64,000 nucleotides of DNA, from contig JASCQW010000099.1 in NCBI GenBank assembly GCA_030264375.1, positions 46,361,651 through 46,425,650 of the forward strand. Reading direction: 5' to 3'. This DNA is from Carcharhinus longimanus. Its lineage: Eukaryota. Of the stretch, positions 36,233-49,469 are shown one piece after another. The notes under the pieces are model-generated. The model worked only from the letters and a program-made list of their open reading frames with translations. It searched no databases and was not told the DNA's origin. Numbering within the stretch: position 1 is the first letter of the stretch; each line of letters starts with the position of its first letter. The position numbers were made by a program, and so were the translations under genes.

Positions 36233-39200
36233 TTATACACTCTTGAAGAAGGAAGTCTGTAAAAAGAAAAGGAAAACAAAAAAAAACTTCATTTTATCAA
36301 AGACATGATAAAACTGAGATGTACTTTTTGCAAAGCACACGGGATAAAGACAGTACACATAATCGGGAAGGAAAGACGACAGTTTGTAAAGTAAGCATTA
36401 ACATTTCAAGCTGGTTGAAGTCTCCTACTTGTTCACAGTGTTTTNNNNNNNNNNCTTCTCGTTGTCTGAACTTTACTGTGGAGACAACAGCATGAAGCAT
36501 TCATAAAGAAGAGTATTACGACAGTGCACAGAGAATCTACCTGTTACCCATGAGTTTTCAGCCAAAGTGCTAAACAATTGTGCAACATGACAGAAGTCTC
36601 ATTACTCCAAGAAACTTAAATAGACAATAGTTAGCAGACCCTCGACGGTAAAGGGTTCATCATCTTTACATCCATGGGCGACCTGTGTTTAAGTGCTGGC
36701 TACAACATAAGACTAATGTTAAACTAGTATAAAGTGGAATAATCCCTTTCTGGTTGTAAGAAGTAAGGAAAGCCTTAATTTCATTCACAGGAAATGTAAG
36801 GCATGGATATATACAGATAAAAGAGAGCATAGATACAATCATTTGAAAATTTTCATGCACGCTAATATGTTATTACATACATTTATACAAACACGTATAT
36901 GTGCTTTCTGGACTGTGATGAGTGATGTTTTATAGCCTGTTGTATAGACAATGCAAATATCTCTGCTATCCAGACATTTTTTGGTAAACGTAATGTTATA
37001 GCTGTAGCTAGGTATAGACAGGTTTGAAGTTGTTGATGACGTTTGCAATATTACAATGTTTTTGCAGCCGTCATTAATTGTCTCAAACTTCTTTTTTAAT
37101 TTCCATCGTAATGAATGTCTACTATACATGTATGAGGGATACATATGAATGTACATATGATTTAGCTGCATTTTTTGTAATTGACTCAGACAGTAATCTC
37201 TTATGTTCTTATGAGGTTTTGTTGTGCAGGAAACAAAGTGAGTTTAACACTGAAATGGTGGCTGATGCTATGAAATCTTTGTAAGGTAAACCAGTGGAAA
37301 TTGGTTTCAATTGTTTCACCTTGTTTTTTTTTATCTTTACTGCATCCAGTGGGGAAAATGAAAAATGCTAAAAGAAATATCTGATCTTTCAATTATTTGC
37401 AAGCCAGATATTGATGTTGCTTAATGTCATGTACATGTTACATGGAAACCTTCCTAAGTATCTGTAGAGTCATTGCAGAAAATAATTGCTTATTTGTTCC
37501 TATTTCATATTGTTATGTTCCATCATTTTTTATTTAAAAATGTCCCTTATCCCATTTGAAAGTTGAGAGCTTTAACATTAAAGCATTGGAGGTCCTTCAT
37601 TTTCTAGCTTTGACTAAACAGTCCTATATGTGGATTATTAACGTGTATAGATCTTAAGAACTCATTATTTAGCTTCTATATTATTTTTAGATGATTTCAC
37701 AGCAATAAACCCGGTTGTAATGTACTTCAAATCAAATACAAAGAGAATATGTTAGATTCTATGGGTGTACTTCAAGGGAAACCAGCTGAATTTCTAGAAG
37801 ACCTCCTGGGAGGAAAATAGATGTTCACACATTCAAACAGGAAGAAGGAATTTAAAATTAGCTTTAAACAGCGGGGGCCACAACATAACAGGAATTGTGT
37901 ATTTTGTGTCAGCAGTCACTTAGAATTGACTATAGTCTCCTTGCCAACTGCTACAGCCACCTCGATGACATCTAAAACAATCATTACATTCGTCATTTTA
38001 TGCTCTCCACTAGAATAAATGTCTAAACAAAACTCATTTTTGATCACTTTGCTTTTACCTTGGAGAGAGAAATGTGTTCTCATTATAGTCAGTTTCTGAG
38101 GAGCAGATGGATCCTTAATCACAATAATGTCACATGCACCTTGACAGTGATATGTTGTGATGTGATTTATGCAATTATATTGAGCATTTATAAACAGTAA
38201 TGCATTATCTAAAAATGTTCATGAAGACTGCACCCCTTTAAATTTTAATATGAATGCTAACATTTGATTGCTGACCCATTTATTGTGTAGAATGATGATG
38301 TTTCTACAATTAAAGTCAGTCTTCCTTTGTCTCCAGTAACATGAAAAATGTCAACCATATTCAAGCTTCCCACACAAACATGTTCACATTTGTGAAATTA
38401 GGAAGATTGGAAAAAGTAATTCAAAACATTTTGTGCTTTCTTAATTGTACCAGAAGGAGACTTGAAAATCCCACATGATCAAGTTTACAAATAACCTTTT
38501 GCAGTGAGATCAAAGTCTGTTTTCTCCCCTCAATTTGCATAATCTGCTGTGTATTCCTTATTATTAGGAAAGCAGATTCAGAAGTTGTTGAGAAACTCCT
38601 CCATACTTAAGATTAATTGTTAGGTCTCGTGGCATTTTGGATTCATTTTGGAACCATAATTTGTGCAGAGTGGTATTCTTTGGCAGTTGCATTGTTTTGG
38701 TGATGCAAAGGTATATAAAAGAGGCCTAAGGCCTGGTGATGGATACAGACAACAGATGAAAATGGGAAGAAAAATACTTGTTTACTTCAGTTAATCCCAT
38801 TACTAAACACGCCCATACAATCAGATACATTAAAAGTGGCTGTAGGAACTTTAGAAAGCACTAGACAACAGTAGAATATATCGTAAAGTAATTAGAACTT
38901 GACTAACTAGACAGTTTTAAGCTATTCATGTTGCCAAGGTGGTTGTATCCATGCAGTCAACAATTTGGTTTAATGGCTGCACTGAAGCAACTTTTTCTTA
39001 TGTCTTAAACTACCTACAGCCCCTAGCATGGCAGTTTCCAAATCTCATTTAGGTTGATACTGTTTGGTACTGTAATGTGTTGTGTTTTGGCAAACTCTTG
39101 TTTTAAAACTGTATGAAATTTTACTTATGAATGATGCATTTCACACAAGATAAAACGAGCAAAACCATTCTGGAGCCCCATCTTCGAGTGCTTTGTGTGA

Positions 39201-39545
39201 TAAATATTGAAAGAAAATTTTGTTGCAAAAGCCAAGTTAACCATTATTGGAAATGCTAAGCCAGTGGAATTTACTGTTTTTGTTAATAAAATGTTTCTTA
39301 TAATAGAAACCTTGTGATACACAATCTTTTGTTTCTTCCCTGTTTAACTGCAAATAACACCTAAGGAATTACATTGGTATGGTGTAGTATGATATTTCCA
39401 TAATATTGTTTCTACTTTTCGTAGTTTAATCAGCCTTATTTTCAGCTTTGTAACAAAGCCAACAATGAACTATTCAAGAACTTTTTAATGTGACTCCTAT
39501 GCTTTACTTTACTGGATGAAATAAAGTTCCAGGTAGATTGGAGGT
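36233..39545 (+). other. NRXN1: NRXN1 3' UTR (3' end inferred)
   Basis: AT-rich sequence with no recognisable transposons after the stop. AATAAA occurs at 37704, 38014, 39285 and 39520. Repeats resume after ~39700. Confidence 0.65.
39520..39525 (+). terminator. Candidate distal polyadenylation signal
   Basis: Last AATAAA of the repeat-free block, followed by the GU-rich TTTGTATGTATGTTTCTG at ~39573-39590. Confidence 0.55.
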
Positions 39546-39911
39546 ATCACAGGAGATGTTACTCCTAATTCATTTGTATGTATGTTTCTGGGATTGGAAA
39601 GCAGTCTATAAATAACAGAATGTACACTGCCAGTGTTGCGTTCCTTCATTTACTCATTTTATTTATCAAAAGTCTTTAATTTTGCATTGCAGAGTAACAG
39701 CTTTTATCTACACTCATCATGCCAGATTTTACAGGGTCCCAGGCTCCCCCAACCCACCCCAGTAAATAGTTGGTCAGGAGGTCATTCACAATTGCTACTG
39801 CTATCCTACAGCAAGTTAATATTGGAAGCAGTGTTAATTGTTTTAGGCAAAACTTCTGCCCTCTCTTAGGAGGATGTCCCACCTTAGAGAGCTTCTGGCC
39901 AGTTGAATGAC

Positions 39912-40071
39912 ATGGATTCTAATCAGTACTCTGTAAACTGTGTGTGCCTTTATATGCCCTTCTCTGATCAGAACTTTCCACTCACCTGACGAAGGAACAC
40001 ATTCCGAAAGCTTGTGGGTTTACTATCAAATAAACTTGTTGGACTTTAATCTGGTGTTGTGAGACTTCTTC
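39912..40071 (+). mobile_element. Penelope-derived terminal fragment with a 13-bp flanking direct repeat
   Basis: CCAGTTGAATGAC at 39899-39911 and 40072-40084. Same terminus as 1-281. Confidence 0.75.
39980..40019 (+). ncRNA. Minimal type-I hammerhead ribozyme motif
   Basis: ACTCAC-CTGACGA-A-GGAA-caca-TTCC-GAAA-GCT-T-GTGGGT: intact core, 6-bp stem I with one G-U, perfect 4-bp stem II, palindromic AGCT stem III. Confidence 0.75.
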
Positions 40072-40167
40072 CCAGTTGAATGACCAACAGTTCTGCAGTC
40101 ACCAGAATGCCAGTGTAAACACTGGCCACGGCTGGATCTATAGGCACTCCTACCATGCGAAGTATAA

Positions 40168-40514
40168 TAAGAACATGAGAACATAAGAATTAGGAGTAGG
40201 AGTAGGCCATCTGGCCCCTGGGCCTGCTCCGCCATCCAATATGATCATGGCTGATTTTTTCGTGGACTCAGCTCCACTTATCCACCCGCTCACCATAACC
40301 TTTTCGTCCTTTACAGTTCAAAAATTTATCTATCCTTCCCTTAAATCATTCAATGAAGTAGCCTCAACTGCTTCACGGGGCAGGGAATTCCACAGATTCA
40401 CAACCCTTCGTGTGAAGAAGTTCCACCTCAACTCAGGCCTAAATCTGCTTCCCCTTATTTTGAGGCCATGCCCCCGATTCTAGTTTCACCTGCCAGTGGA
40501 AAAAACTTCCCTGC
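40168..40514 (-). mobile_element. Young CR1 LINE 3' end
   Basis: (AAGAACAT)n tail followed by the reverse complement of the CR1 ORF2 end, running into the N gap. Confidence 0.85.
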
Positions 40515-40656
40515 NNNNNNNNNNNNNNNNNNNNNNNNNNNNNNNNNNNNNNNNNNNNNNNNNNNNNNNNNNNNNNNNNNNNNNNNNNNNNNNNNNNNNN
40601 NNNNNNNNNNNNNNNNNNNNNNNNNNNNNNNNNNNNNNNNNNNNNNNNNNNNNNNN

Positions 40657-40730
40657 TGATCTTATTGAATGGCGGGGCAGGCTCGAAGGGCTAGATGGCC
40701 TACTCCTGCTCCTATTTCTTATGTTCTCAT
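40657..40730 (+). mobile_element. CR1 3' tail in the opposite orientation, right of the gap
   Basis: Near-exact reverse complement of 1017-1089; both translate as LIEWRGRLEGLDGLLLLLFLMF. Confidence 0.8.
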
Positions 40731-41408
40731 GAGTCTACGATCCTCAAACTACTGCCAAATCTCAAGACATGACGCTGCTTTGCAAGATTTAAAACGAAAG
40801 TGACGAGGGGTTACGAAATGGAACAGATTTTGTCGGAGTTGTTGCTTTGAATGGATTAGTCACGGTTGTTCAGCGGCCATTTTCGTTTTTTATATAGTTG
40901 AGCAAATAATTTATTTCTGACTCCGATTTACCCGTAAATTCTGGGAGGAGGACTGAATGAGAAGCGGCAGGGTGACTAATTGTACAAGTCCTAATTATCT
41001 GCTCCCTGCCATTTTGCATTGTTTTCAAAGAGGTATTTAAGGACACACTCAAAACAGGTTGATTTGTGAGCTAATCACAATATCAACAGGCTGTTAATAA
41101 TTCGCTAACACGCTGAGCTGAACTGGCTGTTTGGCCTGCTTTTAAGCAACAGGCCAGTAGTGTAGAACAGAATCCGCTAAACGTTACGAAATAAACAAAT
41201 GATTGTAATAATGGACAACAATTACCTCTCAAAAGCCGCAATCAGTGAGAAAAGTTGACATCCAGACAAAGAAGGTGACATTAGGACAGGTGAACGACTA
41301 AATGCATCGCAGAATTAGGTTTTAAAGGGCCTGTTCAAAGGAGCAGAGAGGTTTAGGTAGGGAGTTCCCAGGGCTTAGGGTCTAAACAGCTGAAGGCATG
41401 GTCACCAA

Positions 41409-41660
41409 TGGGTGGCACGGTGGCTAGCACTGCTGTCTCACAGTGCCAGGGACCCGGGTTTGATTCTCAGCTCGGGTCACTATCTGTGCGTAGTCTGTCT
41501 GTTGTCCCTATGTCTGTGTGGGTTTCCTCCCACACTCCGAAAATGCTAATTAGGCGCATTGGCCAGTTAAATTCTCCCTCAGTATACGTGAACGGGCGCC
41601 GGAATGTGGCGGCTAGGGGATTTTCACTGTAGCTTCATTGCAGTGTTAATGTAAGCCTTA
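41409..41660 (+). mobile_element. V-SINE variant with an HE1-like head and a different 3' half
   Basis: GGCACGGTGGCTAGCACTGCTGTCTCACAGTGCCAGGGACCCGGGTTTGATTC head. The 3' part (GGCGCCGGAATGTGGCGGCTAGGGG...GTTAATGTAAGCCTTAC) differs from the other copies. Confidence 0.75.
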
Positions 41661-42019
41661 CATAGACTTCTCAACAGTGAGGGAAAGGAAATGCAGAGTG
41701 TACAATAGCTCATCGTTGAAGGAATGCTTAGTTCTTGGAGGATGGTAGGGTTTGCAGGAGGTTTCAAAGGAGGAGAATGATAGGAGGAAGGGTCTGGGAA
41801 CTGGAGGCATTTCCAGACCAGGAACTGGAAGGTAGGCAGGCTGGTAGGGGACTGGAATAGGCAAGGCTCAAGGAAATGAAGGCAGAATTTCAGCAGCAGT
41901 TAAGTTGAGACCAGGGTGGAGACGGCAATATTATGGAACACGAGGAGGCCACTCAGCCCATTTAATTTCATCATGGTCAATCTTCTACCTACTTACTATT
42001 CATTATATATATAAATGGC

Positions 42020-42738
42020 ATAGATGATTCTATGGGGGGTAAGGTTAATAAGTTTATGGATGATACAAAGATTGGCTGGGTGAGGTTAACAGTGAGACGG
42101 AGTTACACTCGCCTTTATCAATTGAGGCATAGATTACGAAAGCAGGGAAGTCATGTTGGAGTTGTATAGAGCCTTGGTGAGGCCACAGCTGGAGCACTGT
42201 GTGCAGTTCTGGTCACCACATTGGAGGAAAGATGTGATCACACTGGAGGGGGTGCAGAGGAGATCCATCAGGATGCTGCCTGGGATGGAACATTTAAGTT
42301 GTGAAGAGAGGTTGGGGAGGCTTGGGTTGTTTTCGTTGGAGCAGAGAAGGCAGAGGGGTGACCTGATCGAGGTGTACAAGATTATGATGAACATGGACAG
42401 AGTGGTTAGGGAGCAGCTGTCCCCCTTATTTGGAGGGTCAGTCATGAGGGGACAGAGGTTCAAGGTGAGGGGCAGGAGATTTGGGGAGGGGTGGGGAATG
42501 TGAGGAAAGATCTCTTTACCCAGAGAGCAGTGAGGGTCTGGAATGTGCTGTCTGGGAGGGTGGTGGAGGCCTCACACCCTTTAAAAAGTACCTGGATGAA
42601 CACTTGGCACATCATAACATTCAGGGCTATGGGCCAAGTGCTGGCAGATGGGATTAGATGGGAGTTCAGGTGTTCCTAATGTGTCAGTACAGAGTCAATG
42701 GGCTAAAGGGCCTCTTCTGTGCTTTACGATTCTACGAT
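42020..42738 (+). mobile_element. CR1/HER1 LINE 3' fragment
   Basis: MLELYRALVRPQLEHCVQFWSPHWRKDVITLEGVQRR...GLFSLEQRRQRGDLIEVYKIM, then an HE1-like (TTCTACGA) tail. Confidence 0.92.
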
Positions 42739-43542
42739 TAAAGATACTACTTAAATGCAAGTTGTATTGTTGCAGTTTTGAAACCTTTTGGTCTATCTTT
42801 TTTACTCGGCTTCTTTATTAAAGTGCAAGATATTCCCTCTTATTGGTATCATGATGTTGCTGTTGGAGGAGAGACATGTTAAATCCTTTGAAACTGTGCT
42901 CAACAGATAACTGATAAGGCAAGGTACATGAGTGTACAGAAGAATAATTTTTATGACTAGATAACAGCAGGTTCTTTAGAGTTGCAGGTTGACCCCAGTT
43001 TATAGTTTGGGCTTTGCTGTGAATTTTTAACTAAAGATAGGAATTGATTTGGTGAAATCACTAATAAGCGTAAAGATATTCAGTTTGTAAAATAGTTACT
43101 TTCCCACTTCTCCTGAAGGTACAGATACATTTGGGGAGATGGTAGTAATAGGTACTTGTGGTTTTCTATACCTTAGCAGCCTCCCATGTTGTGTTAACAC
43201 TCTGCAGCAAAATAGGATTGCCCTTTCTCCCATTTGACCTTCCTGCATGGAGCAAAGGAGTGCAAAGCACTGTGTTTGGTGCTAGCTTGGTTGCGAGTGC
43301 CAGAAGAATGACATACTTAGATATTAGCCTGTCTTTGAGCTCCACTTCAGATTTTTGTTCAAGTTTACTCCCTTAGCCATCGCTTCTCCTGAATGCATAG
43401 CTACAAAACAATGGAGTTATTCACCCATAGCTGGGAACTTGGTTCATGAGTGTCTACATATTGGTGGGCCTAGGCATTGCAATCTGGGAGCTAAACCTCC
43501 TCTGAGTTCCTCTGAGGTTTTAGCTTGAGGCCTTGAGGGGCC

Positions 43543-43672
43543 CATGGCAGGATTTTCCAGCCGTGCGCTCCCAAGACCGGAAAATGCCACCCGAGGTCAA
43601 CAGACTTTTGCATGGCCCGTCCCTGCCCATTACAATTCCCATGGTGGGTGGGAGGGGAAAAGTACACCCCCA
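43543..43672. mobile_element. Short MITE-like element
   Basis: GGCAGGATTTTCC terminus; core shared with 25768 and 63216. Confidence 0.5.
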
Positions 43673-43899
43673 GTTTCAATGTAATACCACAAGGAGGTAA
43701 ACAGAGGACTTGCCAATATCAAGGCTTTGTACTGAAGTGGAGATGTACGCACTTGGATCTAATTTTCACATTGTGACTAGCCAGTGGTGTAGGCCAAAAA
43801 TGGGAAGGAAAATAGAATGCAAAAAACTGGAAGCGTCCTAGCTTTCATTACTCATGCAATGGACTCATTGTACGCACTTCTCTTTGCTACTGTCCCTGG

Positions 43900-44772
43900 C
43901 ATTCGCTTCACCTGGAGAGGGTGTTTATTTACATACCAGAACTGACTGAAAGCTGATCAGCCGTGCCCACCTGAGATCTATGACAAAAGTGTACTAAATC
44001 TTCATCGGCAAGTTTCTCTACACTGAGATTTCGCTTTAACATTTCATACCAAAGAAGACCTTGAGTGGCAAATGGACAGACTCTCTCACACCTGTGAAGC
44101 ATTTTGTTTGACCATCAGCATCTGAATGATAAATGTCATGGCCCTGGAACTACCATGTCACCATCAATCAATTTTGATGATGAAGCACTGGAAGTTGTTG
44201 GTTACTTCACATGTTTAGACTTCACAGCCATTGGCAGTCTATCACTTGATGCTGAAATTAATCATTGAAGCATTGTAAAAACCACAGCTCCATGCTAAAT
44301 AAGATAATGTGGAGAATAGCAACTTATCAAGAATAGCAAACTGTTAGTCCTCCAAGACTGTGCCCTCAGTGCACTTCTTGACGGTATTGAGACTTGGACA
44401 AATACGCTCGGCAGGAGAAAAAGCTGAACACTTGGCTGCCTCAGATATAACCTCTGCATGTCTTGGTGGAACATAGTCACCAATTCAGAGGTGCTGAAAC
44501 ATTCTAAGTCTATCAGCATTCCTTCATTATAAAGCCAACAATGTCTCCACTGGCTTGGTCACATTCAGTGGATAAATGACAGTCATATGACCAAAAATCT
44601 TTTTCTGATTGGTGAATTGGCCATTGGGTTACATCCTGCTTGATGTCCATATTTCCATTTGAAAGACATCTGCAAGTGAAATATGAAAATGCGGGACATC
44701 GGCAAATGTCTCCCAGTTTTCTTTGGCAAAGTTCATGACTTCTGGAGGCTCACCGTCTGTATAGGCATTGGA
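43900..44772 (+). mobile_element. RTE-clade LINE, RT to C-terminal region (decayed)
   Basis: LEVVGYFTCL...DAEIN-like and WLGHI-like RTE motifs. It appears to continue at 46978 after a CR1 insertion. Confidence 0.6.
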
Positions 44773-44774
44773 GG

Positions 44775-46975
44775 GGGCTCTTTGGTCCCACAAGCCTGCT
44801 ACACTATTCAATAAAATCATGGCTGATCTGATTGTGGCTTTAACTCCACTTTCCTGTCTGGCCATGTAACCTTCAATTTCCTCCAAGATCAAAAATCTGT
44901 CGAACTCAGCTTTGCATATATNNNNNNNNNNNNNNNNNNNNNNNNNNNNNNNNNNNNNNNNNNNNNNNNNNNNNNNNNNNNNNNNNNNNNNNNNNNNNNN
45001 NNNNNNNNNNNNNNNNNNNNNATATTAAATGATCCAGTTTCTACTGCTCTTCAGGTGCAGTGAATTCCAAAGATTAAAGATTGTCTTGAAAAAAGAAATT
45101 CCTCTTCATCTCTGTCTTAAATTGGAGATACCAAATTTTGAAACAGTGCCACCTAATCCTGGATTCTCCATGCTGGTAAACATTTTTCAGCATCTACGTT
45201 GTCAAGTCCCCTCTGAATGTTATATATTTTAATAAGATCACCTCTCATTCTTCTAAACTCCAATGGTATTTCTTCATCAGAAGCTGCTTCATCTAAGGGA
45301 TCAATCTAATGAATGTTCTCAGAACTGCTTCCATTGCAAGCTCATTCCTCCTTAAGTAAGAAGACCAAAACTATATGTGGTATATTAGTTATGGTCTCAC
45401 CAATGCAACGTAACACTGTAGCAAGACTTCACTACTTTTGAACTCCATCCCCCTTGCAATAAAGTCCAACATTCCAATTGCCATCTTAACTGACTATACC
45501 TGCATGTTAATTTTTTTCTGATTCATGTACGAGGACACTCAGATCCCTCTGCACTGCAGCAGTCTGCATTGTCTATTCATTTAAATAATAATAAATCTAT
45601 TTTCTTTAAGAAACGCATTCACATCATAGATTTTCAGCATAATTTACAACTAAAATGCATATAAAGGCCAAGCAATCAGGTTAAACACATGTAAACATGC
45701 AACAACCACATAGTAAGAAAAAAGACCAACATATTCAGTAGGTAACAGGGGATCATTGGAGGGGAGATTAAAGAAAGTGTAAAATGAATTAAAATGATAA
45801 AATTGCAAAGCATACACCATTCCTGCATCGCTTCACTGAAGTACTCCATATGCCAGCTTTTCCCAACATCTCTAATTTACATACAGACCATTTTGGTTCC
45901 TCCACACAACTTGCTTTCCAAATTTGTATCTTTGACAAATTTGGCTACAATGCAGTTGGTCCCTTCATCAAGTCATTCATACAGATCATACTTAGTTGAA
46001 GCCCCAACACAAATCCGTATAGCAACCATTACATGAACATGACCCATTTATTCCAACTCTCTGTCTGTTTGCCAATCCTGTATCCATGCTAATATACTAA
46101 CCCCAACAATATGAGTTCTTATCTTGTGTGGTAACTGTTGGTATGGCACTTTATCAAATGCCTTTTGGAAATCTAAATGCAGTACTTATGACTTTTTCTT
46201 TGTCTACCTTACTTGTTAACTCGAGCTCTAACAAATTTGTTGATTTTCTTTCCATAAAACCATGCTTGATTGATTGACTTTCTGCTTGTCCTTCTATTAA
46301 TTCCCTAACAATGGACTCTGTCATTTTCCCAAATGACATATACTATACTAACTCAGTTGTAGTTTCTTACTTTTTGTATTCTGTCATTGAATAGAGGTGT
46401 TACATTTGCAGTCTTTCAATCCACGGGGACATTTCCAGAATCTAGAGAAGTTTGGAAGATTATAACCAATGCATCCACTAAGTCTGCAGTGACTTCTCTG
46501 AAGACCCAAGGATGCAGGTCCTCTTAATCTCATTGGTTTACTTGATACTTTTTTTTCTAGTAAAAATGATTGTTTAAAGCTGCTCGCTCCCTTTGCCCCT
46601 TGATTTTCTACGATTAATAGAATGCTTTTTTGTATCTTCTGCTGTGAAGATAAATATAAAATACTTGTTTAAAATGTCTACCATATTTCCTTGCTTCCCA
46701 TTATTTATTCCCCCGTTTTGTCCTCCAACACATCAACATTTATTTTAATTACTCTGTTCTTTTCATACACTTGTAGCAGCTCTTACTGTCTGTTTCTTTA
46801 CTTCTCCATTTATGCTTACACTCTGATTTCTCACTCTTTCTTACCTTTTTATCATCCTTTGCTGGTTTTTAAACCTTTCTGTCCCTACCACTAATCTTTG
46901 CAGCATTGTACCTCTTCTTTTAATTTGAGACCATCCTTAACTTCCTTCATCTGCCAGAAATGGTGCATCCCTCTT
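44775..46975 (-). mobile_element. Old ~2.2-kb CR1 LINE nested inside the RTE element
   Basis: Minus strand gives KHGFMERKSTNLLE...VDKE-like RT motifs and CR1 3' sequence (ATIRSAMILLN). Confidence 0.75.
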
Positions 46976-46977
46976 CT

Positions 46978-47135
46978 AGAAATGGAAACCCAGCTGACTG
47001 AGAAGAGAGCCCAGAGAAAAGGGAGCCTCAGGCCAGAAAATCCTGCACCTTCTCAGCTCACTGTCTTTATCTGCAGCAAATGCAGCAAAGATTGCCACGG
47101 AGAGTAGGGTTCCTGTTGCACACCAGGTGACGTTT
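46978..47135 (+). mobile_element. RTE LINE C-terminal end with a Cys/His-knuckle remnant
   Basis: TQLTEKRAQRK...FICSKCSKDCH. Confidence 0.6.
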
Positions 47136-47399
47136 AATGTAGAATTGACCACCAAGGTCAATTGGGAAGCTGCTAAAGAAAGAAAGAGAGTACTTCAGCA
47201 AATAGAACAAATTTATTGTTACTGTCAGCAAGATATTCACAGTCAGGCCCAAGTGGGCCTTAGCGACCAGCTGGAAATGCAGTATCCCAACAGGCGTGAG
47301 TAAGTAGTGATTAGGAATGACAATGTTGACTCCAGCGTTCCCCCCCCCCCCCCATTGGAGATACTAATCCCAATTATGGGGCTGGATTTCACAGATTAT

Positions 47400-47950
47400 T
47401 GTATTGCTGGAGTATTGTATGCAGTTTTGGTGTCCTTCTATGAGGAAAAATGTCTTTGCTATAGAGGGATTACTGCATAGATTTACCTGGCTGATTCCTG
47501 GGATGGCAGGTCTGTCATATGAGGAGAGATTAAGTTGATATGTTCACTGGAGTTTAGAAAAGTGAGAGGGGATCTCATAGAAACTTTTACAATTCTAACA
47601 GAGTTAGACAAGGTAGATTCAGAAAGAATGTTCCTAATGGTGGGGGAGTCCAGAACTAATGGTCATAGTCTGAGGATAAGGGGTAAACCTTTTGGAATGG
47701 AGGTGAGGAGAATTTCTTCACCCAGGAGGTGGTGAATGCGTGGAATTCACTACCACAGAAAGTAGTTGAGGACAATACATTGCTTGACTTCAAGAAGAAG
47801 TTAGACATAGATCTTGGGGCTAAAGGACTAAAGGGATATGGCAGGAAGGGGGATTAGAATATTGAATTTGATGCTCAGCCATGATCAAGATGAATGGCGG
47901 AGCAGGCTCAAAGGGCCAAATGGCCTACTCCTGCTTCTAGTTTCTATGTT
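47400..47950 (+). mobile_element. CR1 LINE 3' fragment
   Basis: SLEFRKVRGDLIETFTIL...GHSLRIRG, then tail GGCCTACTCCTGCTTCTAGTTTCTATGTT. Confidence 0.9.
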
Positions 47951-49469
47951 GTATCACCTCTCCTTTGTGAAATTCAACTGGTAGCTGAGTCACCCACTGA
48001 AAGCCTCCCTCCACAACTAATAAAGTGCTGCCGGTGAGCTAAATAGACTGGGCAGAATCTCCCAGAAATTGGCAAAGGCTGATGTTGGATGGGAAAGCAG
48101 CGTTGAAGCTGCCAACAGCTACAATGGCTTCCTCTACCAATCAGATTGGCTAGCAGCTCTGCCAACCCTGATAGTGGCAGAATGTTGGATCTGCAGGTTC
48201 ACCCATGCAGAACATTGCTCGCCCCTGGAGCCAGATAAGTACCATGCTTTCAGTACAGGAAGGGATGGGGCATCCTAGAGCGGGGGCAAGGGAGTCAGGG
48301 CGCAGGTTTGGAAGGACAGGCAGAGAGGAATGAAGGAGGGGGGAACATTAGGCAGGTGCCCATGATGTGCACAGGGTATCCTTGAAGGACGTTCCATCTT
48401 CAACCTTCCCGCCTTTTAACCATGTGTTTAAGAAAACAGCCTGCCGACTCCCACCCACCTGCTCATGCTAACAGTTTTATGGTGTGGAAAGTGTATTTTT
48501 TGGGTCAATTGGATTTTGTACCAAACTCAATTGAACAGTAATCATTTATTTAATAATGGCAGGCAGGCTACTGATTTCAGCACCCACCCAGCCACAAGTA
48601 TTATGTGAGACAGCTTAGCAAATAGCAAGAAGGTTCTGGGTGTGCCACCCTCATATTTTACGTGACCTCTGGCAAAAACTCACCCAGTAGTAAAATCTAG
48701 CCCTTGATTCCCCCATTGACATGATGACAAAGATCTACTAACACTGCATTTCTCGATCGGGTAATAATTTGACCAGATTATTCATTTTCTGCTGCATTCC
48801 AAAAGTATTTGTAATGGTTGTCATAATATTAGAAATGCTATTATTTAACAGTAAAGAATGCAGAGTGTGAGCATTATGGACTTGGGTCTACTGAAGGTAC
48901 ATTCACTGATTCAGTTATGCCTTGGAAACAGTTTGAGTATCTTAGTTTTATGGGAGCTCTCCTTCTGCCCTATATCTACTTGTGCAGTAGCAGAAACCAT
49001 GCTGTAAATACGATAGTCCCTTGCAATATGAACTGGATACATAAGTCTTCCAAATATACATCTTCAATCTTGCTGAAGGTGAGCTGAAGACGGACACTAA
49101 TCAAACTGAACTTGAGTATCACAAAACATATATCCCAAGAACTAGACAAATCCTTAATCTGTGTATTCCTGGTTTTACCTCTATGTGTGGGTTTAAGAAT
49201 GAATAATGCCTGATTCGGCTTGTCAAATTATCTTGCTTTTGACCTAATTCAGATTCAAATTAATTTAATTTACTAACACTTGATTAATTGTCTCTTGAAT
49301 TTTTGAGTGAGTTATTTATATCCTTCTCACCAAACTACCTAGGAAGAATCCAGACTACAGGTCTTACACTAAGCAGTATTTTTTGGTTATGAACCAGAAA
49401 TTAAAGTTGACTACACGATGTTTAATAAATACAAATAAATGTAATGCTAATTTTGTGGCTGAGGAGTGT

